Below are positions 1-6,267 of a DNA stretch of 32,000 nt, one piece after another (the stretch's first letter is position 1; every line of letters starts with the position of its first letter). Under the pieces are notes generated by a model. The model was given only the letters and a program-made list of their open reading frames with translations. It was not told where the DNA came from and made no database searches. This stretch comes from an archaeon (GTDB lineage: Archaea; Iainarchaeota; Iainarchaeia; Iainarchaeales; CSSED10-239): positions 90,001-122,000 of the forward strand of contig DAOOUC010000001.1 of assembly GCA_035390665.1 (NCBI GenBank), given 5' to 3'. The translations under genes were made by a program, and so were the position numbers.

Positions 1-101
1 GGAATAATTATTGTTAATCTAAGTACATTAATCACAATTGCAAAAACTAAGATTCTAAATTATAGGGATAATATACTTGCAACATTATAATTAGTATTAT
101 T

Positions 102-1169
102 ATGTTTTATTTATCTTTAATCTTGTTTACTTTAATTTTTCTTATAATTGCTTGTATCTCTGATTTAAAATCAAGAGAGATTTCAAATAAATTAATCTTA
201 TTTTTTTTAATATTTGGTATAATTCTAAAATTAGGATATAGTATTATTACTAGGAATTATTCCATAGTGTTTGGTGCATTATTGTCTTTAGTTTTAACTT
301 TTGTTGTCTTTTATATATTATGGGAATTAGGAGTTATTGCTGGAGGAGATTTTAAGCTTTTCTTAGTGCTTTCTATTCTAATCCCAAATATTAATTTGCC
401 ATTTAATCTCTCAAGTATTTGGTTTCCAGCCTTTGTTTTCGTAATAAGCTTATTTATGTTACTGCCATGGATAATAATATATTCTATTTATTTTATTGTA
501 GTAAAAAAATATTATTTAGATCTATTTAAACTGTGGATATCAAAATCAAATTTAATATCAATGGGTGATTCAATAGCAGTAATCTTTTTGATATCACTAC
601 TGTATTCTTTATTTAGTAAGGTAACAGTTCTAATTCTTTTATTTGCATCATTTGTATTTACTATATTAATTTACAAAATAAAAAACAAGAAAATCTTTTA
701 TTCTGTTTTATTAGGATTTTATAGTTTTACAATTGTTGCTTTAGTTTTAGAAAATCAGATTAGAGCAATATCTTTAACTAATCTTTTAATAACCATTTTG
801 TTTGTAATTGGATTCTCTATACTTGGAACACTATATAAAATAATAAAAGAAAAAGTACTAATTGAAGTTAAAGCACTCTCTAAACTAAAAGAAGGAGATT
901 TGCCACTCTACAATTACTATTATAAAAATAAAAAATTAAAGTTAATTAAACCCACAGTTCTAACTAAAATAAAGATGTTATTGAATAATACCTATTATTT
1001 AAATTTAAAGATAGATTCTTCTAAAGCTTGCGGAATAACCAAAGAAGACATTCTATTTTTAAAAGGTATGTATAAAAATAATTTAATAAGCTCTAAAATA
1101 TATTTAAAAAAGACTCTGGCATTTGTTCCAGCAGTTTTATTAGCATATATTTTAGTAATAATAATTTAG
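102..1169 (+). CDS. A24-family aspartyl prepilin/preflagellin peptidase (EppA/PibD/FlaK-like)
   Basis: 355-aa polytopic membrane ORF. It has both catalytic-Asp contexts of A24 peptidases: ACISDLKSREISN near the N-terminus and GVIAGGDFKLF (GxGD-like). The terminal AFVPAVLL helix also fits. Two class III signal peptide genes follow immediately. It is longer than FlaK/PibD-type enzymes, so the EppA-like call is inference. Confidence 0.8.
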   Translation: MFYLSLILFTLIFLIIACISDLKSREISNKLILFFLIFGIILKLGYSIITRNYSIVFGALLSLVLTFVVFYILWELGVIAGGDFKLFLVLSILIPNINLPFNLSSIWFPAFVFVISLFMLLPWIIIYSIYFIVVKKYYLDLFKLWISKSNLISMGDSIAVIFLISLLYSLFSKVTVLILLFASFVFTILIYKIKNKKIFYSVLLGFYSFTIVALVLENQIRAISLTNLLITILFVIGFSILGTLYKIIKEKVLIEVKALSKLKEGDLPLYNYYYKNKKLKLIKPTVLTKIKMLLNNTYYLNLKIDSSKACGITKEDILFLKGMYKNNLISSKIYLKKTLAFVPAVLLAYILVIII

Positions 1170-1180
1170 GTGAATAATAC

Positions 1181-1639
1181 ATGAAAAAAGGACAACTTTC
1201 AATTGAAGTTATAATATTATTAGCAATATTTTTACTTTTTTTTCAAGCAATGATTCTACCGTCAATTGAATTTGCAGAAAATACAATAAAAGATACTCAC
1301 GCTATTGTTCAAACAAAGAAAGGCATAGATGGTTTAGCAGACAATATAGAACAATTTTCAAATAGTGCAGGATACGGTAAAAGACATATGTTTTTCTATA
1401 TTCCAAATAACACAATAATTACAGATTGTAATAATACAAATAAAACTATAAATTATGAAATAAGAATATCAACACAAAAGCCAACCCCAATTGGCTGTGA
1501 TGTTAACGGACTATGTAAGTTTTCTAAACAATTGTATATAACTAACGATTTTTCATGTACAAAGATCGGGCCAGGATATAATAGCAATATCTTTATAGAA
1601 AAAACAGATGAAGGCGAAATAGATATATCTTCTGAATAA
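1181..1639 (+). CDS. Archaeal type IV pilin-like protein with class III signal peptide (DUF361/Class_IIIsignal type)
   Basis: The N-terminus MKKGQLSIEVIILLAIFLLFF has the predicted cleavage site KG|Q, Gln at +1, Glu at +5, then a hydrophobic helix. An SD-like AGGTGA lies at 1168-1173. The globular part has 4 Cys and several N-x-S/T sequons. Confidence 0.75.
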   Translation: MKKGQLSIEVIILLAIFLLFFQAMILPSIEFAENTIKDTHAIVQTKKGIDGLADNIEQFSNSAGYGKRHMFFYIPNNTIITDCNNTNKTINYEIRISTQKPTPIGCDVNGLCKFSKQLYITNDFSCTKIGPGYNSNIFIEKTDEGEIDISSE

Positions 1640-1654
1640 GAAAGTGAATAGCAA

Positions 1655-1993
1655 ATGAAAAAAGGACAAGTAAGTATAGAATATGTGATTGTTATTGCAG
1701 TTATCTTAATCTTAACTGTATTTTTTGCTAATCTTACATTTGATACAACAGACACAACAAAATCCATAGCTAAAATAAAATTAAGAACGCTTGATCTAAT
1801 TACATTAAATGATTCTAATGCAACTCTTTTAAATGTGGAGAACACGATTGTAGATTCTAATCTGAATTTAAAACTATACATTAAAGATGGATTACAGTTA
1901 AATCTAACAGATCAAAACTACACAGAAGTAATAAATAATATAAAAGAAACAACTTATTATGAAAATATTAATTTAAGTTTTGAATATAACTGA
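1655..1993 (+). CDS. Archaeal type IV pilin-like protein with class III signal peptide (paralog of 1181..1639 at the N-terminus)
   Basis: The N-terminus MKKGQVSIEYVIVIAVILILTV shows the same KG|Q...E(+5) pattern. The first 15 nt are identical to the upstream gene (atgaaaaaaggacaa). The gap to the upstream gene is 15 nt and contains an SD-like AGTGA. Confidence 0.75.
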   Translation: MKKGQVSIEYVIVIAVILILTVFFANLTFDTTDTTKSIAKIKLRTLDLITLNDSNATLLNVENTIVDSNLNLKLYIKDGLQLNLTDQNYTEVINNIKETTYYENINLSFEYN

Positions 1994-2002
1994 GGTAATA
2001 AA

Positions 2003-2575
2003 ATGAATTCAAAATATTTATTGTTACAAGGATTCTTATTAACAAGTGTTTTTGTAAGTTTATTTGTAGATAAAAATCTTTTTTTAAAAATTTTATTGAT
2101 AGTCTTACTTTTCCTTTATGGTTTATTGATTTTACCTGAATTTAAATATAATAGAGAAAGGTATTTATTTTCAGCAACTGGCTTTGTTATTATATCCATT
2201 TTATTCTTGTTTGTAAGACACACAACAGGAACAACATATATTTTAATTCTTTGTTGTTTACTTGTTTTGTTTGTTTATCTTTCAAGAGTAATGTTTTCAA
2301 AAACATTCGGTGTTGTTTTAGAAAGTTCAACAAGATTTACTAAAGTTAAAATAACAGATGAACTATTTAGTTATGGGCAAAAATTTGAATTAAGATCAAC
2401 TAAGAAGTATACAATTGATTCAATAGTTTTAATAGAACTAGATAAATCGGTTTTAAGAAAACCAATATCGATTATTAAACAAATAGATAGAGAACCAAAA
2501 ATTATCAAAACCCTTATAAAAAATAACAAAATCACAAAAAAATCAAAGAAAACAATTAAGAAGAAGAAAAAATAA
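2003..2575 (+). CDS. Hypothetical 4-TM membrane protein with soluble beta-rich C-terminal domain and poly-Lys tail (possibly NfeD-like; weak)
   Basis: Four hydrophobic segments are followed by GVVLESSTRFTKVKITDELFSYGQKFELRS...IVLIELDKSVL, a pattern reminiscent of NfeD C-terminal OB domains. It ends in KKSKKTIKKKKK. GAGGT SD lies upstream. No family assignment is possible by eye. Confidence 0.5.
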   Translation: MNSKYLLLQGFLLTSVFVSLFVDKNLFLKILLIVLLFLYGLLILPEFKYNRERYLFSATGFVIISILFLFVRHTTGTTYILILCCLLVLFVYLSRVMFSKTFGVVLESSTRFTKVKITDELFSYGQKFELRSTKKYTIDSIVLIELDKSVLRKPISIIKQIDREPKIIKTLIKNNKITKKSKKTIKKKKK

Positions 2576-2603
2576 ATATTCCTTATAGATTGTAAGGAAT
2601 ATT
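2575..2603 (+). promoter_or_regulatory. Perfect 11-bp stem / 7-nt loop hairpin in the intercistronic gap, overlapping the SD of the next gene
   Basis: AATATTCCTTA (2575-2585), tagattg, TAAGGAATATT (2593-2603); base pairs were checked one by one. The left arm starts at the last base of the upstream stop codon. The right arm contains AAGGAA, the only SD-like element before the ATG at 2608. Confidence 0.5.
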
Positions 2604-2607
2604 ATAA

Positions 2608-2964
2608 ATGTTTGAAAAATATATAAGAATACTAATTATTTGTTCTTGTCTTTTCGGACTTCTTGGGATTCTATCGATAACTTATTTTTATGAATCTAGA
2701 CAAATTTCTGTTTCTTCTCTTTTAGGTACTGAACCAAATGAAAAAATATATATTGTTTCTGGGCAAGTAAAAGAGATTACAGAAAAATCCAATACTCTTT
2801 TTTTTCAATTGTGTGATTCTTTTGAGTGTGTGCAAGCGGTTTATTTTAATCCAACAAAAGAAGATGTGGCATTTGTTTCTAGAAATCAAGAATTAACAGT
2901 AAAAGCAAAATATACAACTTTTAATAATACCCCTGAACTAATTGCTTTTTCTTTCAGGAGGTAA
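2608..2964 (+). CDS. Membrane-anchored OB-fold protein (tRNA_anti-like OB domain)
   Basis: An N-terminal TM helix (ILIICSCLFGLLGILSITYFY) is followed by IYIVSGQVKEITEKSNTLFFQLCDSFECVQAVYFNP...ELTVKAKYTTFNNTPELIAF. This is the typical v.v.G.V..i...g..f..l.D..g.i..v.f...l.v.G.....g..el pattern of small OB-fold domains. Confidence 0.55.
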   Translation: MFEKYIRILIICSCLFGLLGILSITYFYESRQISVSSLLGTEPNEKIYIVSGQVKEITEKSNTLFFQLCDSFECVQAVYFNPTKEDVAFVSRNQELTVKAKYTTFNNTPELIAFSFRR

Positions 2965-2970
2965 TTTTTT

Positions 2971-4167
2971 TTGTTTCTCGTAGATGTTATTGCAGGAATT
3001 CTGTTTGGTTTTGCTCTTGGATTAATTCCGAGTTTGCATATTAACCTCATAGGTTATCTTTTTTCCTTATTTGGGATGTTTATGTTTTTCAAAAACCACT
3101 TCTATTTTTTCTTTTCTCTTTGTATTTCTCAGACTCTTACAAGTATTGTTCCTTCTTTTCTTTTTTATGCTCCAACCCCCGACACCTTAATTTCACCATT
3201 TCTTGGACAACCTGAAAGCCCCAAAATAGCTCTTTTAGAATATTTTTCTCTTTCTTTCTTTGGTTTTCTTCTTGGTGCTTTTTTCGCAGTTTTATTTCTC
3301 CCAATTTTTTACTTATTGTTTGTTATGTTTTCGGATTTCTACATTTTGATTTTTATTGTTCTTTTGCTTGTCTTGATATTTTTAATCTTTCAAGAAAATT
3401 ATTGGCAATCTTGTGGCCTTGTGTTTTCTATTGTTGTTTTTTCTGGGGTATTAGGCACCTTTACTTTAAAATATAATTTCTTTTTCAAAGAACCGTTAAT
3501 TCCGTGTATTTTTGGCTTGTTTGCTTTCCCAAATATTTTAGTGATTTTGTTTTCTGATAGTAAGGGTCAGGAAAAGTCAAGTCCATCTGTCCAAGAAATA
3601 ATAAGTTTTAAAGATATTGTTAACTCTTCTTTTCTTGGCACCCTCTTTTCCTCAACTATAGCTATTTTCCCTTCTCTTAGCCCAGGTCTTGCTATGTCTT
3701 TTGCTTCTTTTTTTCAAGATAAAAATTCTTCAAAAAAAACAATCGTAATGTTTTCAAGCATTCTTTCAAGTGTGCTACTAATTTATTTTTTCTTGTCTGT
3801 TGTTTTTAACAAGCACAGGCTTGGTTTCTTATCAATGCTTTCTACAAACCAAATTTTTCCAAAAATGGTTCTATCTGATATTTTCTTTATGTCTTTTGTT
3901 TTTCTTTTAGTTGTTGGTTTAACTGTGTTTATAATTTACAGTTCAATAGACACAATTATTTTTTTTCTAAATAGGTTTGATAAAAGAAATATTTTATTTT
4001 GTGTTTCTACTTTTTCCATTCTCCTTATATTTTGGTTTTGCGGCCTTGCGGGGGTTTTCCTTTTGCTTGTTTCTACAGCAATTGGTTTTTTGCCAATAGT
4101 TTATAATAAAAACAGATTGGCTCTAATGTCTTATTTAATTATTCCAACAGTTTTGTTTTTTGTTTAA
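2971..4167 (+). CDS. Polytopic integral membrane protein, possibly DUF112/TctA-like (COG1784-type)
   Basis: 398 aa and at least 10 hydrophobic segments. The TTG start is supported by a strong AGGAGGT SD at 2955-2961, and no in-frame ATG is nearby. Two G-x-x-(P)-S/G-L motifs (GLIPSLHINL, IFPSLSPGLAM) resemble the duplicated PG(L/I) motifs of TctA/DUF112 proteins. The family call comes from memory of the motif only. Confidence 0.4.
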   Translation: MFLVDVIAGILFGFALGLIPSLHINLIGYLFSLFGMFMFFKNHFYFFFSLCISQTLTSIVPSFLFYAPTPDTLISPFLGQPESPKIALLEYFSLSFFGFLLGAFFAVLFLPIFYLLFVMFSDFYILIFIVLLLVLIFLIFQENYWQSCGLVFSIVVFSGVLGTFTLKYNFFFKEPLIPCIFGLFAFPNILVILFSDSKGQEKSSPSVQEIISFKDIVNSSFLGTLFSSTIAIFPSLSPGLAMSFASFFQDKNSSKKTIVMFSSILSSVLLIYFFLSVVFNKHRLGFLSMLSTNQIFPKMVLSDIFFMSFVFLLVVGLTVFIIYSSIDTIIFFLNRFDKRNILFCVSTFSILLIFWFCGLAGVFLLLVSTAIGFLPIVYNKNRLALMSYLIIPTVLFFV

Positions 4168-4175
4168 TTAAGGAA

Positions 4176-4556
4176 ATGGATATTATGAGTAACTGGAAAA
4201 TAAAGAAAAAAATCCTATTGACAATCATGGAATTATCTAAAGAGGCTTATCCAAATGAATTTAGTGGAATGCTTGTTGGGGATAAAGACGAAAAGATTAT
4301 TGATGACATCTATATAATTCCAGCAACAATAAATAATCACAATTCTTCAACTCTTCGTTTAGACTTGGTGCCAATGTCTTTTTCAATCGTAGGCTCTGTT
4401 CACTCACACCCATCTTCTTCAAGTCAAGCTTCAAGAGCAGATCAGAAATTTTTCCAAAGTAAAGCAATAAATATTATTTCAAGATATCCTTATAGCCCAA
4501 TGGATTTTACAGCTTACAACCACAAAGGAGAAGAAGTTGGAATTGAAATAATCTAA
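4176..4556 (+). CDS. Stand-alone JAMM/MPN+ metalloprotease (Mov34/PAD-1 family)
   Basis: The JAMM motif is complete: upstream Glu in YPNEFSGMLVG, then HSHPSSSSQASRAD, which fits H-x-H-x7-S-x2-D exactly. Its size (about 125 aa) matches minimal archaeal JAMM proteins. The true start may be the ATG at 4188. Confidence 0.8.
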   Translation: MDIMSNWKIKKKILLTIMELSKEAYPNEFSGMLVGDKDEKIIDDIYIIPATINNHNSSTLRLDLVPMSFSIVGSVHSHPSSSSQASRADQKFFQSKAINIISRYPYSPMDFTAYNHKGEEVGIEII

Positions 4557-4610
4557 TTTTATTTATAAAAACCTAAGTTTTTATATGTTATTATTATTAT
4601 TATTCTTATT

Positions 4611-5543
4611 ATGAGAAAAAGAAAATTTAAATTCAAAGCCCTTTCGCCAATAGTTGCAACAATTCTTTTAGTTGTTGTTTCTGTAATTCTGGTTTCAATA
4701 GTTTTGAATTGGGGCAGAAACATTACAAACTCTAGTTTAAATGAAACAGACCCAATACTAAAGCAAACAAATCAGAACTATTTAATAGGCAGCCCAAAGC
4801 TTAATGCCCAAGGCATTCTTACTTTTAAGAATATCACTCCCGGTGAGAAATCAATAACAATAACTAGCTATCAGATAGTCAGTAGTTCAGAAGACGATAA
4901 CTTCAACAACACAATAGCCCTTAATGAAACTACAATCCAGCCAGGCGCTACACACGTCATCTCAATACAGGCCTTTCCACCAGAACCAAAATTTACAATA
5001 TTATTAATCACAGATGAAAACGAATATATCTCAATAGAAGGAATAAGAAATCCCCCAGTAACATTACAAGATATTCCTGTAGAAGAAGTTCTTGAACTTC
5101 CATATGTTATGGATGGAGAGAATAAATTATACATTCATCCAACAGATAATTCTACAGGTGTTGCTTGGGGCTGTCCAGGGACATTAATTGGTTCTGGTGC
5201 TCAATCACTAACAAATGGTTTAGCAAACACCACTGCGATTCTTGCAGGCTGTGTAACAAGACCAATAGCTGCAAGTATTTGTAATGATTTAGATTTTGGA
5301 GGATATGATGATTGGTATCTTCCTGCGAGAGATCAGCTGGGTGAAATTTGTAGTTACCAAGCAGTTATATATACAGGAGATTATAGTAGTTCTTGGATAG
5401 GTCTTGATTTTTGTAGTTATAGTTATTGGACAAGTACAGAATGGGGCGCTAACGACGCATACTATATGGAACCAGGTGGTTGGAGCCTAGAACAAAGTTC
5501 AAAGTCCGAAATATATCGTGTACGTTGTGTTCGTGGAGGATAA
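4611..5543 (+). CDS. Archaeal type IV pilin N-terminal domain protein fused to a C-terminal DUF1566 (Lcl C-terminal-like) domain
   Basis: The N-terminus MRKRKFKFKA|LSPIVATILLVVVSVILVSIVLNWG matches the Pilin_N/DUF1628-type class III signal. The C-terminus ICNDLDFGGYDDWYLPARDQLGEI...YWTSTEWGANDAYYM...IYRVRCVRGG matches the DUF1566 hallmarks (GG..DWrLP...EL ... YWsSte ... vRCVR). Confidence 0.8.
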   Translation: MRKRKFKFKALSPIVATILLVVVSVILVSIVLNWGRNITNSSLNETDPILKQTNQNYLIGSPKLNAQGILTFKNITPGEKSITITSYQIVSSSEDDNFNNTIALNETTIQPGATHVISIQAFPPEPKFTILLITDENEYISIEGIRNPPVTLQDIPVEEVLELPYVMDGENKLYIHPTDNSTGVAWGCPGTLIGSGAQSLTNGLANTTAILAGCVTRPIAASICNDLDFGGYDDWYLPARDQLGEICSYQAVIYTGDYSSSWIGLDFCSYSYWTSTEWGANDAYYMEPGGWSLEQSSKSEIYRVRCVRGG

Positions 5544-5557
5544 AATTCTATTTATTT

Positions 5558-5590
5558 GTTTTTAATTATTTTTTTATTCCTATTTTCTTT
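5558..5590 (+). terminator. Oligo-T tract candidate archaeal terminator after the pilin-DUF1566 gene
   Basis: T5 at 5559-5563, T7 at 5569-5575 and further T-runs lie within 50 nt of the stop at 5543. Archaeal RNAP terminates at oligo-T. The call is weak because the genome is AT-rich. Confidence 0.35.
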
Positions 5591-5666
5591 CAAAAACGCC
5601 CTAAAAAAACAAAAATTTATAAACCTTACAGCACAAAGCATTTATTAATTTTGGTTATTAATATCT

Positions 5667-5695
5667 TTAGTTGATGTCTTTTGACATTTGACTAA
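5667..5695 (+). promoter_or_regulatory. Interrupted palindrome upstream of grpE, candidate operator
   Basis: TTAGT-TG-ATGTC tttt GACAT-TTG-ACTAA has 5+5 perfectly complementary outer and inner arms. It lies between a TATA-like TTTATTAA (5641-5648) and AAATATAAATA (5705-5715), 36 nt before the grpE ATG. Confidence 0.35.
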
Positions 5696-5730
5696 AAATT
5701 ATTCTAAATATAAATAATGTGAGGATATCT

Positions 5731-6267
5731 ATGAGTACAGACAATAAAGAATCCATCTCAAAAGAGGAAGAAACAAAAATTAAAGAAACAATAGAGACAA
5801 TAAAACAAAAACTTGAAGAACAAGACAAACTTTCTAAAGAGTATCTGGATTTGCTTCAAAGAACACAAGCAGAGTTTAGAAACTATAAGCAAAGAGTTGA
5901 AAGGGAAACACAAGATATTATCTTTATAGAGAAAGCAAAAATCTTAGCTGAATTTTTAAATTATAGAGACACAATTGTTAAAGCAATAGAAAAAGAAAAA
6001 GAAGAGATTACAAAAAAATCTCTAGAGCACATGTTAGTAAATTACGATATTATTCTAAAAAGGCAAGGCATAGAAAAACTAGAAGTTATAGGTAAAGACT
6101 TTGATTATAATTTCTGTGATTGTTTGTTAAAGCAAGAGTGTGAAGAAGATAAAGACAATAAAGTAATTGCAATTATTGAAGATGGCTTTACATTAAATAA
6201 AAGATTAATAAAACCAGCAAAGGTTATTGTTGGTGCAAGTAAAAAAGAAAATGGTGATAAGATATGA
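5731..6267 (+). CDS. grpE: GrpE nucleotide exchange factor
   Basis: A coiled-coil N-terminal half carries [18 protein letters not shown] (GrpE signature region), followed by a beta C-terminal domain. The stop overlaps the dnaK start (ATGA at 6264-6267). I prefer the ATG at 5731 (GAGGA SD at 5721-5725) over the GTG at 5719 used by the ORF track. Confidence 0.9.
   Translation: MSTDNKESISKEEETKIKETIETIKQKLEEQDKLSKEYLDLLQRTQAEFRNYKQRVERETQDIIFIEKAKILAEFLNYRDTIVKAIEKEKEEITKKSLEHMLVNYDIILKRQGIEKLEVIGKDFDYNFCDCLLKQECEEDKDNKVIAIIEDGFTLNKRLIKPAKVIVGASKKENGDKI

Noticed and set aside
1-90. An open frame (29 codons, GIIIVNLSTLITIAKTKILNYRDNILATL-stop) at the left edge, possibly the 3' end of an upstream + strand gene
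   Set aside because: Too short and featureless to support a call. It is mentioned only because the missing pilus assembly genes could lie upstream.
1453-1881. 142-aa minus-strand ORF spanning the junction of the two mini-pilin genes
   Set aside because: It is antisense to two well-supported pilin genes with SDs and class III signals, and it has no motif or start context. This is a typical shadow ORF in AT-rich DNA.
4871-5134. 87-aa minus-strand ORF inside the pilin-DUF1566 gene
   Set aside because: It is antisense to a gene with clear domain signatures and has no independent support.
5480-5674. 64-aa + strand ORF overlapping the end of the pilin-DUF1566 gene and the T-rich spacer
   Set aside because: It is an alternate frame of a supported CDS and then runs through oligo-T terminator and promoter sequence. 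The Phe/Ile/Lys low-complexity translation is what T-rich spacer DNA produces.
5544-5730. Looked for a CIRCE/HrcA operator, a C/D-box sRNA or a tRNA in the 187-nt spacer before grpE
   Set aside because: There is no TTAGCACTC-N9-GAGTGCTAA and no UGAUGA...CUGA pair (only a UUGAUGU near-match). There is also no GC-rich cloverleaf-capable segment. Only the interrupted palindrome was retained.
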